From: a virus
Taxonomy: Duplodnaviria > Caudoviricetes
DNA: 64,000 bases
Strand: one strand, 5' to 3'
IMG/VR virus record: IMGVR_UViG_3300047469_000103
Span: 96,001-160,000 of that record
Shown here: one piece after another, positions 8,415 through 17,421 of the stretch
How positions within the stretch are numbered: position 1 is the stretch's first letter
Layout of the letters: each line of letters opens with the position of its first letter
Position numbers and translations under genes: made by a program
The notes under the pieces: generated by a model
What the model saw: only the letters and a program-made list of their open reading frames with translations
Database searches by the model: none
Told to the model about the DNA's origin: nothing

Positions 8415-9233
8415 TTAATCGGAGGTGTAACGGCGATGTTCCAGCAAGTCACTCGACAAAGGAACGTCGGCAGTGCTGACCAGATGGAACGCAAAAATCT
8501 TCGACCAGTTTTCGAATGTTACGTGCGGATACGCATCGCTCAATTCGTTCAACGGCACAGCCGGAATAAAGTCGAGTGCGGCTTCGCGATTGCCGATGGT
8601 TACGCCTTCGCGCAATTTCAAACGCATTGCCACACCGAGGTGCAGACGACCAACGTTGTCGCTGTTGTCGAAAATCAAACCTTCGAAGTGCAGCGATGCC
8701 AAATTGGCAAAGTCTTGCACGGTTGCAATCAAACGCTCTTCTGGCGTGCCTTCGTTTTCGAACGCTTGGAACTTCACGCCGTCAACAAAGAACGTCATTT
8801 CTTCGAACGCTTCACGGTAAACGTTTTCGATGATGCTGGCTTCCATATTGATTACGGAACCACGCTCACCGCTTTCCAGAATGTACGTGCAGATATCCAC
8901 GAAATCCATATGACCGCCGGGGCACAGCGAACCACGGCCCTGCAAATCGGATTCACCGTTACCCTCACGCGAACGCAGATATGGGTTAACGATGTTTTGG
9001 CCTTCGTGATTTTCCACAATGAAATAATTCAACCATTGTGCAACGTCGCGATTACCTTTGTACGACTCACCCCAGTGAACCGCTTCGTCGAGGTTCTGAC
9101 GCTGGCGAATTACGATGCCTTCCTGAATGGTGTGCAGGAATTCAGCGAAGTCAACACGATTGAAACCTTGTTGAATGCCAGTGCGTTGCAGAACGTCGCG
9201 TGCGATGCCGAGAATGAATTCAGGGTATTTCAT
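8415..9233 (-). CDS. Nudix-fold protein (YmaB-like, non-canonical Nudix box)
   Basis: E..L.GRGSLCPGGH, REAFEEM, GLIFDNSDNVGRLHLGV; start at 9233 after GGAG RBS. Confidence 0.75.
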   Translation of the reverse strand: MKYPEFILGIARDVLQRTGIQQGFNRVDFAEFLHTIQEGIVIRQRQNLDEAVHWGESYKGNRDVAQWLNYFIVENHEGQNIVNPYLRSREGNGESDLQGRGSLCPGGHMDFVDICTYILESGERGSVINMEASIIENVYREAFEEMTFFVDGVKFQAFENEGTPEERLIATVQDFANLASLHFEGLIFDNSDNVGRLHLGVAMRLKLREGVTIGNREAALDFIPAVPLNELSDAYPHVTFENWSKIFAFHLVSTADVPLSSDLLEHRRYTSD

Positions 9234-9244
9234 TTTGTTGCTCC

Positions 9245-9277
9245 GTAAATAGGCGCTATTGCCTAACACCTATTTAC
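9245..9277 (-). promoter_or_regulatory. 11-bp intergenic hairpin ending next to the RBS of 8415..9233
   Basis: GTAAATAGGCG / CACCTATTTAC inverted repeat (one G-U on the minus-strand RNA), 11-nt loop. Confidence 0.6.
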
Positions 9278-9285
9278 AGTTTTCT

Positions 9286-9732
9286 TTAGCACGGACGTAG
9301 GCGTTTGCGGATGGTGCCCGTGCGCAAGCGGAAATCGTCTTCTTCCAAAAACCGGATAAGGTCGGAGTTATTAACGATTCGCATACGAGGGCCATCTTTC
9401 AAATCCAGCGCCGTGCAGCTTGGCATGTCGATGTAAACCCAAACGACTTTGCCTGCATGCCGCTCTTTGATTTGTGCAATTATTTCGTCAGCGTCGAAAC
9501 GTTGGAAAATGCTGTAGACCATCAACGTTTGATTGGCGAACTTTAACTTCACCGTTTCTTCGCCGTAGGAATGAACAAGACGCGCAACCACGTTTTCCAG
9601 CGACAGTTCGTCATTCAGAAAAATCTGAACAAAGTTTGAACCGCCTGCATCATTCATAAGAGTGCGCAGCGTTGCGTCTGTTGCACCAGCACCGGGTTTT
9701 GCAATCAACATCAAATCAGGATCAAACAGCAT
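9286..9732 (-). CDS. Degenerate DnaB/RecA-like P-loop protein
   Basis: LIAKPGAGAT (Walker A Lys to Ala), IFLNDELSLENVVARL (DnaB motif-like), VYID (Walker B-like). Confidence 0.7.
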   Translation of the reverse strand: MLFDPDLMLIAKPGAGATDATLRTLMNDAGGSNFVQIFLNDELSLENVVARLVHSYGEETVKLKFANQTLMVYSIFQRFDADEIIAQIKERHAGKVVWVYIDMPSCTALDLKDGPRMRIVNNSDLIRFLEEDDFRLRTGTIRKRLRPC

Positions 9733-10159
9733 TTTGGTCTACCTTGATTATTGAATCAACGAACACCGTCACGGTATCGACGTTGCGCATGATGTAACGG
9801 ATGGTGTCGCTTTTCAGTTTGAACGGCAGACCGAACGGGGCGCCTGAATATTCATCGCTGCTCGGAATCTCGTGGTGAATGAAATGACCGGGCATGTAGA
9901 AAACCACATGCACACGGTCGAAGCCGTCATTGTGTTCACGGAAATAATTAATCTTTTCCGAAACCGAACCAACACCAATACAGGTGACGGCCCAGTGGTG
10001 AATGTTGAATGCCTTCAGCGGCCACGGCGCATGGTCTTCGTGACGCACGCAATAAATCATCGCCTCTTTCCGTGCGTAACGTTCTTTGTGGAATTTCTCC
10101 ATAATGAACTTCGCGCTTTCTTCGTCGCTGTTATCGACAACGTTGAATGAACGGATCAT
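9722..10159 (-). CDS. Hypothetical protein (145 aa)
   Basis: Coupled between the two DnaB-like genes. Confidence 0.8.
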   Translation of the reverse strand: MIRSFNVVDNSDEESAKFIMEKFHKERYARKEAMIYCVRHEDHAPWPLKAFNIHHWAVTCIGVGSVSEKINYFREHNDGFDRVHVVFYMPGHFIHHEIPSSDEYSGAPFGLPFKLKSDTIRYIMRNVDTVTVFVDSIIKVDQNAV

Positions 10160-10950
10160 GGCTTGAACCCCTCTCCCAAATCCACGCCTTTCAACGCATC
10201 ACGCAGACCGTCGAGAATTGGCGTTTTCGATTTCTCGCCTTTTTCTTTGGCTGCCATTTCCAGTGCGATACGCGTCGGCAGTGTGGAAGCCCCGGCGTGC
10301 GTTGGTACGCTGATAATCGCAAAGTCACCCGGACGCAAACCTTTCTCCAACGCGCTATTCAGTTCCGGCAATCCCGTTTTCAGTTTGCCGTATTTCAAAA
10401 ACAATTCGTTGTACATTTCTGCATACGAATTTGTGAACTCGCGATCAGGATAAACGAATTGCAGATTTTTCAACTGGTCTTGCACTTCTTCCAGAACATC
10501 GTCGATTGCGTCTTGATGCGCACCGGCACGTTTCAAGTCGTCGATATGCAGAAGCGTTTGCGCTTTGTAGTGGCCGAACAGTTCCGGGTCGTCACCTTTA
10601 CGGTCAGGCAACGCGATACGCTGTGTGACCGCCTGAGAGCGCATAGGAACGACGGAAACGAAATCAATTGCCGCCGATGCACCGCCGCCGTAACCGGCCC
10701 GCCGCAGGGCATCCAGTTCGTCGTAGCCTTGAGCCAAGTCGAGGCAGCTTTGTCGCCAGAAAATCCAGTAGGAACGCTTGACTTCGATTTTGACGCAGCC
10801 TTCGTCCATGAGTTGCATCATGATTTTCAGGTCGTTGTAAACGCGCACCGGATCAAGCTTTTCGTTTTCTGCCGTGATGCTCTGTTGACCGAGAAGCGTA
10901 GCGGCAGTTTCCAGCAATTCACGATACTGTTCTTTCGTCTTTGCAGTCAT
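10156..10950 (-). CDS. Protein ending in a truncated, degenerate DnaB-like ATPase segment
   Basis: LKTGLPELNSALEKGLRPGDFAIISVPTHAGASTL matches DnaB TG..LD...GGL.PG.LII.A..S.GKT but with K to A. Confidence 0.75.
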   Translation of the reverse strand: MTAKTKEQYRELLETAATLLGQQSITAENEKLDPVRVYNDLKIMMQLMDEGCVKIEVKRSYWIFWRQSCLDLAQGYDELDALRRAGYGGGASAAIDFVSVVPMRSQAVTQRIALPDRKGDDPELFGHYKAQTLLHIDDLKRAGAHQDAIDDVLEEVQDQLKNLQFVYPDREFTNSYAEMYNELFLKYGKLKTGLPELNSALEKGLRPGDFAIISVPTHAGASTLPTRIALEMAAKEKGEKSKTPILDGLRDALKGVDLGEGFKP

Positions 10951-11690
10951 TCGAAAATCCCCATCATGACGTTTTTCTCACCGCGCGAAATTTGCACCAC
11001 GTAATAAACTACATCGTCTTTCACGCAGGGCAGTTGCACACCGTACATTTTCAGAAGCGCCGGGTCAGCGGCAACGTAGGAGCGAACAGTTTTCAACAAC
11101 GCAAAGCAGAAGGCATCCGAGCGCTCCAGATAATTGATCGGGGCGTAACTCTGTTCCGGGTCGTGCGGTTTGAACCGTTCCGCAAAGTATTTATTGAACT
11201 CAGTAAGCTTCGGCAACCACTGGCGTTTCTCACCACAGAACTTTTCACGTGTGCCGCTTTCTTGGTGAATTTCACGGCGGCGCATTTCGTCACTGTTCAC
11301 GCAGTCGAATTGGTAATAGGCGTAAATGCTCAGATACCCGGAACGCCACTCGTGCTGGTCTGGAACAAAGCAGGCGTTTTCCCCGAGTGCGAAAATAACT
11401 TCCGGCACATCGAAGCCTTCCACGCCTTTCCGCCAGCGTCGAATTTCTTTCGTGACCATCAGGAAATCTTTCAGGTGGCCGAGATTCGTTTCGGTGAATT
11501 TGTACCGACCGAATGTGTGGTTCGGAATAAAGTCGTAATGGACGACCGCGTTACCGGCGATTACGAAACCGGTTTTGTTAATGCGTAGTGACAGGCCGTC
11601 GAACGCGTATTCCATGCCGTGCTTTGTTTCGCACGACAGGAAAGACAATTCAGGATCAGCCAGCAATTCAATAAACTGTTCGCGTACCAT
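10947..11690 (-). CDS. Hypothetical protein (247 aa)
   Basis: Tiles. Confidence 0.8.
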   Translation of the reverse strand: MVREQFIELLADPELSFLSCETKHGMEYAFDGLSLRINKTGFVIAGNAVVHYDFIPNHTFGRYKFTETNLGHLKDFLMVTKEIRRWRKGVEGFDVPEVIFALGENACFVPDQHEWRSGYLSIYAYYQFDCVNSDEMRRREIHQESGTREKFCGEKRQWLPKLTEFNKYFAERFKPHDPEQSYAPINYLERSDAFCFALLKTVRSYVAADPALLKMYGVQLPCVKDDVVYYVVQISRGEKNVMMGIFE

Positions 11691-11692
11691 TT

Positions 11693-12442
11693 TTATTCCC
11701 CCGCAGCCACTGCCACGCCTTTGTTTTCAGTCAGCACATATACGCTGTACGCGCCGTCAATGTTCGGTGGCAATGGGTGTTCACTTTTGACGGTGTAATG
11801 TTGCACCGCTGGCACCAGCATGAGACGACCGCACGCCAATTGATCGCCGTACAAATGCACCATTTCGTTCTCGCTAAAAATGCTGCCGATTGGCGATTCG
11901 TCTTGGCCTTCTTGAAACTTGAAATGGTTCTTACGGATTTTGTCGCTGGATTGGAAATCCCAATTGTCCAGCACGTAGGAATGACGGGTAACGAAAATGT
12001 ACAGCGCCGTTTCGTTCGGGCGTTCCACTTCGTTGTAAATCAGCACGCTCATTTCTTCCGCGCAGTTTTCAGGCTGTGCAATTTTCTCATATCCGTTCGG
12101 GATACTCGACGTGATGATAAACCACGCTGGCAACTGGTACAGCTTGCGCACGTGATCCTGATAATGCGCAATGCACAGCGCACGTTTAATGCTGTGCATC
12201 ATTGCTTCCAGCTTTTCTTTTTCAGTGTGCGTTACGCAGCGATACCACGTAGGCACCACGTAATCTTGATGGCCGTCTTTCGACAGTTCTTCAATGGAAA
12301 AAGATTTCGCGTTGAACGTGAAGCGCACACCTTCGATTGTGTAAATCGCTTTCTTCGCGTGTTGAATGTGTTCGCAGGTCAGGCCACGAGTGCGGACATA
12401 ATCCTGCACAAAGATTTCGGCGGTTACAGTGTCGTCACGCAT
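11693..12442 (-). CDS. Hypothetical protein (249 aa)
   Basis: TAATG coupling. Confidence 0.8.
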   Translation of the reverse strand: MRDDTVTAEIFVQDYVRTRGLTCEHIQHAKKAIYTIEGVRFTFNAKSFSIEELSKDGHQDYVVPTWYRCVTHTEKEKLEAMMHSIKRALCIAHYQDHVRKLYQLPAWFIITSSIPNGYEKIAQPENCAEEMSVLIYNEVERPNETALYIFVTRHSYVLDNWDFQSSDKIRKNHFKFQEGQDESPIGSIFSENEMVHLYGDQLACGRLMLVPAVQHYTVKSEHPLPPNIDGAYSVYVLTENKGVAVAAGE

Positions 12443-13542
12443 TATTCAAATCTCCCGATTACTTTCTCGCAATTATCAATGAATTTTGGAAGGCCGGTGT
12501 AGCCGTGGCAGCGTATCAGATATTCAGTGTTGAATGCGATCCACGCCATTTCTGCATACGCACCGAAAACCCCGTCGTGCAGCGACAGATTAAATTCGAT
12601 GCCGTCGCCATTTGTGATGCGGAATACTTTCGTTTCGCTTGGCGCAGTCTTGACGCACTGGCGTTCGATTTGCACGTTGGTCAAACCTTGAACCATCAAC
12701 GCCATTTTGGATTGCAGATTGGAGTGCGGAATTGCATCGTTTTCTTTTTCTTCGCGCACTTCTTTCTGGTGCAATTCTGCTTCCAGCGCTTCCAGCAACA
12801 ACGGTAGTGCCGTGGATTCTTTGCGAGCGGTTTTCGAATTACCCATCGCCATCCATTTAACACGAACGTGCTGGTCACTAATTGCGATTCGCGAATCACC
12901 AATCATGAAAATCGTCAGGCCGTCGTTATCCTCGACAGTCAGCGAATCAATTTCCAGCAGATTTACATCCGCGAAGTTTTGCACGTAGGCAGTTGCACGC
13001 GCACGCAATCCGACCGGCTCTTTGTAATCGACAATCATGTGATTCCATTTATTCACAAGCTTGGAGAAAACATCGCGACGGAAACCGTGACGACATGCGT
13101 TAATCGCTTCGCAAATGTCTTCTGCGTATTGGTGAATTCGATCCGGTTGGAAGCCGTAAATCTCTTCCAGTTGTGGGCGCGATTCTGGCCGAGGTTTAAC
13201 CAACATAACGCCGCTGGCAATCGACAGGCCGCGCAGCTTACCCGCTACAAAGTCCTGTAGTGGCTTCAGACGCGTTCCAATGTGGATAAACGCCTTGGCT
13301 TCAGCGAAACCGTTAGAACCGTCTGTAGTGCCGTGGAAGCGCTCAGCGAGCCACAGCGCCAATTGGTGGCTGACAAACTTCTGATCGTACTGCGCAACGC
13401 TACCAACTTCGGCAGGTTCAATCGTGCCGTACTGGTGTTCACTCACACGCCCGAACTGATCGACCAAACGATAACGAAACGATGGCGCGTTATCAGCAGG
13501 CATGCCGATTGTGATTTTGTAGAATTCATCAAAGCGTGTCAT
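12442..13542 (-). CDS. Hypothetical protein (366 aa)
   Basis: ATGA coupling. Confidence 0.8.
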   Translation of the reverse strand: MTRFDEFYKITIGMPADNAPSFRYRLVDQFGRVSEHQYGTIEPAEVGSVAQYDQKFVSHQLALWLAERFHGTTDGSNGFAEAKAFIHIGTRLKPLQDFVAGKLRGLSIASGVMLVKPRPESRPQLEEIYGFQPDRIHQYAEDICEAINACRHGFRRDVFSKLVNKWNHMIVDYKEPVGLRARATAYVQNFADVNLLEIDSLTVEDNDGLTIFMIGDSRIAISDQHVRVKWMAMGNSKTARKESTALPLLLEALEAELHQKEVREEKENDAIPHSNLQSKMALMVQGLTNVQIERQCVKTAPSETKVFRITNGDGIEFNLSLHDGVFGAYAEMAWIAFNTEYLIRCHGYTGLPKFIDNCEKVIGRFE

Positions 13543-13940
13543 GAATTTTTATCCCGATGGTCTTGTTTAAGTTTCGTGCGAAGTTCTGTCGCTTCGACTA
13601 ACTTGCGTTCCCAATTTTTCTCATAGGTGTTGTCGTTTCCGATATGCACCATTTGAGGTTTCCCGGTTGCGGGATTGCAGACGGCGAAACGATGCTTTGT
13701 CTGCCGTCCGTCTTTGACTTTGTAATAAGTGATGCCGACGATATTTAAACTCTTCTTGTTGCTGCGTACATGCGTTTCGTCTTTGCGCATGTGGACGGCA
13801 TTTTCTAATTCTCGTTCTGCTGCGGCATACGATAAGTCAGAACCGCCGTAGTCCTTGTCGTAGAATTTGCGGCGGGTTACTTCGACTGTGCTGGGTATGT
13901 ACCAGCCCGTTTGGCTCAGGTTACGCTTTATTTTCTTCAT
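13539..13940 (-). CDS. AP2-like DNA-binding domain protein (no HNH domain)
   Basis: GW...RKFYDKDYGG...AAA and second ..VGIT...F...GK... half resemble bacterial/phage AP2-domain proteins. Confidence 0.6.
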   Translation of the reverse strand: MKKIKRNLSQTGWYIPSTVEVTRRKFYDKDYGGSDLSYAAAERELENAVHMRKDETHVRSNKKSLNIVGITYYKVKDGRQTKHRFAVCNPATGKPQMVHIGNDNTYEKNWERKLVEATELRTKLKQDHRDKNS

Positions 13941-14566
13941 GACTTGGCATAATAAATTCTCGTCTCAGAAGCTGGAATAACAGCACGGTTGAAATCGCCA
14001 CTGTCCACGATGATTAATCCGTGGGCGATAACGTCTTGATGAAAGCATGTGGCGTCTGTTTTATTTTCAAAACGCACCACATAGGAATTTTCAGAAACCG
14101 GTGCGAGAAAATACGTGGTCGCACTCAGTTTCAAAAGGTTGCGGCGCATATCAAGGCTAACCGCTGGCGTTTGTGTTTCTGCGTAGGCGAACCGGCGCGA
14201 TTCGGGAACGTGGTCTACGTCTACGTTGAACATCTGTAGAATCTCGCCGCGCTTCTTCTGGCTGATTACAGACGTACCGCGTACCCATTTGCCCACAGTG
14301 TCATGCGATGCAATAGGCGACAGGTCTACGCCTTTTTGCAGCAGTTCCAGAATGTGAAAAGCGTACAGCGCCAAACGCCATTCATCTTGGAACGATTTTA
14401 AATTGCTGATCGCTTTTACTTCAGCCTGTGTCGGGAGAAACAGACCGGTCGCGTATGCGTTCAAAGTCGCTTCAGCTTGTACGGCAGTCCAACCCATTGC
14501 CGCTGCCAAACTATCAACGATCAAACGATTGCGCGCCATTGCACCAATCGAAGAATAAAACATCAT
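13937..14566 (-). CDS. XRE-type HTH protein
   Basis: SHDTVGKWVRGTSVISQKKRGEILQMFNVD. Confidence 0.7.
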   Translation of the reverse strand: MMFYSSIGAMARNRLIVDSLAAAMGWTAVQAEATLNAYATGLFLPTQAEVKAISNLKSFQDEWRLALYAFHILELLQKGVDLSPIASHDTVGKWVRGTSVISQKKRGEILQMFNVDVDHVPESRRFAYAETQTPAVSLDMRRNLLKLSATTYFLAPVSENSYVVRFENKTDATCFHQDVIAHGLIIVDSGDFNRAVIPASETRIYYAKS

Positions 14567-14590
14567 AGCAATTCCTTGTAAGGGCGATTT

Positions 14591-15040
14591 TTAAACCAGC
14601 TTGAATGAGTCACGAATATTTTTCGTGAACTGTTCTTCCATCCATGCCGTGTCTTGGATGTTGCGGAAAATCCAAACGTAGTTGCCGTTGGCCGTTCGGT
14701 AATCCTCAATCGAAGTCGGGCGACATTTTCCAGCAAGCAGCGTAGAGAAATTTATTATTTCCTCGACGTGTGCAGCCATTTGGAATTCGTCGCGTTCTTC
14801 TTCTGCTAGCGGAATATTCGTGCGGTTGAATACCACAACGAAAGTCAGGTCGTTAATCGTGTACGAATCGTCAGCCATGCGAAACAGGAAAGGGTGTAGT
14901 TCGCCTTCCTCCACATGCTTGCCGATTAAATCAATCCGGCCATTATAATAATTCCCGGCCTGATCCATGTTGTGGCCGATTAGCTGAAAGAAATCTTTAT
15001 GCTCCAGAATATGCGGCGACATTGCTGCGACGTAAATCAT
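14591..15040 (-). CDS. Hypothetical protein (149 aa)
   Basis: GGAGG RBS. Confidence 0.8.
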   Translation of the reverse strand: MIYVAAMSPHILEHKDFFQLIGHNMDQAGNYYNGRIDLIGKHVEEGELHPFLFRMADDSYTINDLTFVVVFNRTNIPLAEEERDEFQMAAHVEEIINFSTLLAGKCRPTSIEDYRTANGNYVWIFRNIQDTAWMEEQFTKNIRDSFKLV

Positions 15041-15052
15041 AAAGCCTCCAAC

Positions 15053-15075
15053 AACGGGCGCCGGTTAAGACGCCC
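15053..15075 (-). repeat. Intergenic GC hairpin with TTAACC loop, copy 2 of 2
   Basis: Plus strand AACGGGCGCCGGTTAAGACGCCC. Confidence 0.75.
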
Positions 15076-15082
15076 ACTGCAA

Positions 15083-16564
15083 TTAGATGTAGAATTTCAG
15101 CAGAATGCGATGGTCGTCGGCGTCTTCGTCGTCGTCTTCGCGGAAATACTGATTATTCAAATCCAGCGTAAATACGCCGTTGTCATCGGACACACGCACA
15201 CCCGATTGGAACAGCGCTTTACGCAAATCAGGATTCAGGCCGTCGCGGAAAGATTGCGCAGATGAACCGCTCGCCACGTACACAGCAGGGAACGCTTCGT
15301 CGGTGCTGGCGAGCATTGCCGAGAATTCATAATCCATGATTTCGAATGTCAGCAAATCGAATTGGTCTTTCGCCGTGCTGTCGAGTTTCGAATAATGCAG
15401 ACCACGCAGACGCGTACCGAAAGTGCGCAGGAATTGCGAATTGGTCATTGGTGTTTTGTCGCGAGTCACTGCGGCGTAAACATGTTCCAAATCGAAAAAC
15501 GAATCCACGCAATTCGGCGCGTTGCTGTCGGTCGCTACGCCTTTGTTGTCAGCCAGCAATTGATCGCCGGGACGGAAACCGCAACCGCTCAGAATGTCGT
15601 CGAAACGTGCGCCGGACATTGTGTTGAAGAAGTCCAGAATTTTGTCTGCGCTTTCTGCGTAATCGTGCGTGTCTGCCGTCAATTCACAACGACCGCCACT
15701 GCTGCGCGTTTCCGCAACGGTGATGGTGTCGATATTCACGCGAGCGGTGAACACTTCGCACGCCAAAACAAATGTCGGTTCCTGATCGTCGCCTTCTGCC
15801 GTAATGGTGAATGTCAGCGGCCACAATTCCATCATCACCCGCGCACCGATGGAATGCACAACGTCGTGATAATACTCGTGCGCTGCGCCATCAATCATGT
15901 CGCAAATTTCTTCGTGCTGAATTGCCAGCGTAGAAACGCGTTCCAGTTGCGATTTGTTGAATGGGCAACTGTTGTCGTCGAATGGCGATTTCTTTTTGCC
16001 GGGAATGCGGCGACGGTCAATGTCTTCGTCGTCTGTTTCACGTTCGACTTTTCGCACGACGGGTTTTGTCGCTTTAATAGGAACCGCCACCACTTTACCG
16101 CCAGCGCCTTTCATCAGTCGTGTTTTCGGTGCATCGCGTTCGGCAGCTTCACGTTTTGCTGGTGCCCGATAAACGTTGTTCAAAACGCGTGGATCGAAAT
16201 TAAAATAGGTTTCGAATTTCTCGGCCATGTCACCACTGATCGTAGCCTTTTCATTCAGCCAACGAGTCACCGTGCGTTTATCGACGATGCCGTACAATTC
16301 GTCCATCTGTTCATCGGACAAACGCGCACGGATGTTGTACGCGACCACAGCACGCTCATAATTGAAATGCACGTTGCCGTTTTCACCGTCGAAAGCTTTT
16401 TCCATCTTTACCAGCATGTCTTTAGTCAGCAACGTGAGGTTGCCGACACTGACGTATTCTTTGTACAGGTCAGCTTCGTGGCCTTTGAATCCGGCTTCAT
16501 TGCAGAATTCATTAAGATCGTCAAAATGCAAATCCAGTTCTTGCCACAGATTTTGAAACGACAT
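15083..16564 (-). CDS. Large XRE-HTH-containing protein (493 aa)
   Basis: VDKRTVTRWLNEKATISGDMAEKFETYFNFD; AAGGAG RBS; largest gene in window. Confidence 0.8.
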   Translation of the reverse strand: MSFQNLWQELDLHFDDLNEFCNEAGFKGHEADLYKEYVSVGNLTLLTKDMLVKMEKAFDGENGNVHFNYERAVVAYNIRARLSDEQMDELYGIVDKRTVTRWLNEKATISGDMAEKFETYFNFDPRVLNNVYRAPAKREAAERDAPKTRLMKGAGGKVVAVPIKATKPVVRKVERETDDEDIDRRRIPGKKKSPFDDNSCPFNKSQLERVSTLAIQHEEICDMIDGAAHEYYHDVVHSIGARVMMELWPLTFTITAEGDDQEPTFVLACEVFTARVNIDTITVAETRSSGGRCELTADTHDYAESADKILDFFNTMSGARFDDILSGCGFRPGDQLLADNKGVATDSNAPNCVDSFFDLEHVYAAVTRDKTPMTNSQFLRTFGTRLRGLHYSKLDSTAKDQFDLLTFEIMDYEFSAMLASTDEAFPAVYVASGSSAQSFRDGLNPDLRKALFQSGVRVSDDNGVFTLDLNNQYFREDDDEDADDHRILLKFYI

Positions 16565-16576
16565 TTTTACAACTCC

Positions 16577-17392
16577 TTACAGGGATTTATCGGCAAGCTC
16601 TTTAGCAGCCAAGTCAGCGAAACGAGGATCAATTTCACACAGGTGACGCAGCACGCGTTTAGGGAAATCCAAAATGGAAACTTCCCCGGTGTACAATTCT
16701 TTGTCAGTGCGGCGACCGGAATTCATGTCGTGGAAATAAAGCATTTCACCAACAGTCATTTCGTAGTGGCGCACAATTCCGAAATTCGGCAGCGCTTCAC
16801 GAACGGTTTGCCAAAGGTCATCGTCACAGCGGCCATGTTCACACGCGTCGAAATCATCATCGTTCTTTACGATCTTCGTCATACGTGCGCGGCCATACTG
16901 CTCAACAGCGCGATTAAAGCAGTGAGCGCGGAATTCACGCAGCGCCCAATATTTCACAGTTGCAGGCCACTCGCCGGTTTCGTCTGCAATGATTTGAATT
17001 TGCTCAGGCGTCGGCAATCGACCGGCGTTATGCTTGAACAATTTCTCACGCAGCTTAGGCAGCGGCATTTCCTGCAAATTGGAACGGTACATTTTCACGA
17101 ACGCGGTAAACGGTGCGCCCGATTCAGCAGGTTCAACGTATTCGTTAATCGTCGCAACGTAAGAACGGTTGCTGTTGAATTTCTTGCCGCTAATCATCCA
17201 CACGCGGCCCAAACCTTTTTCGATAACTTCCAGCAGTGCCCACACGTTCGGGCATTTTTGGTTGAACAGCATATTTGCTTCGTCACGGCTAAGCGCGAAA
17301 ACATGCGCTTCCATTTTCTTGACGACGTTTTCAGTCTTCAAGGTGAACACGTATTGGTAATGACGCATTGTCGCGGTAGTGTGCAAAGCCAT
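16577..17392 (-). CDS. Hypothetical protein (271 aa)
   Basis: AGGA RBS; tiles. Confidence 0.8.
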   Translation of the reverse strand: MALHTTATMRHYQYVFTLKTENVVKKMEAHVFALSRDEANMLFNQKCPNVWALLEVIEKGLGRVWMISGKKFNSNRSYVATINEYVEPAESGAPFTAFVKMYRSNLQEMPLPKLREKLFKHNAGRLPTPEQIQIIADETGEWPATVKYWALREFRAHCFNRAVEQYGRARMTKIVKNDDDFDACEHGRCDDDLWQTVREALPNFGIVRHYEMTVGEMLYFHDMNSGRRTDKELYTGEVSILDFPKRVLRHLCEIDPRFADLAAKELADKSL

Positions 17393-17421
17393 TTGGATTT
17401 CCTAGTGAGGTCGTTTTAACG

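Noticed and set aside
9286-10950. Calling these genes a functional replicative helicase (dnaB)
   Set aside because: Walker A lysine absent in both, domain truncated, remaining motifs missing; kept only as pseudo-enzyme candidates.
15362-17419. 685-aa plus-strand ORF, and other long plus-strand ORFs such as 7370..8281, 26289..27575 and 27786..28874
   Set aside because: They are in-register antisense shadows of real minus-strand genes; no RBS, no recognisable motifs, and composition is the complement of the coding-strand codon bias.
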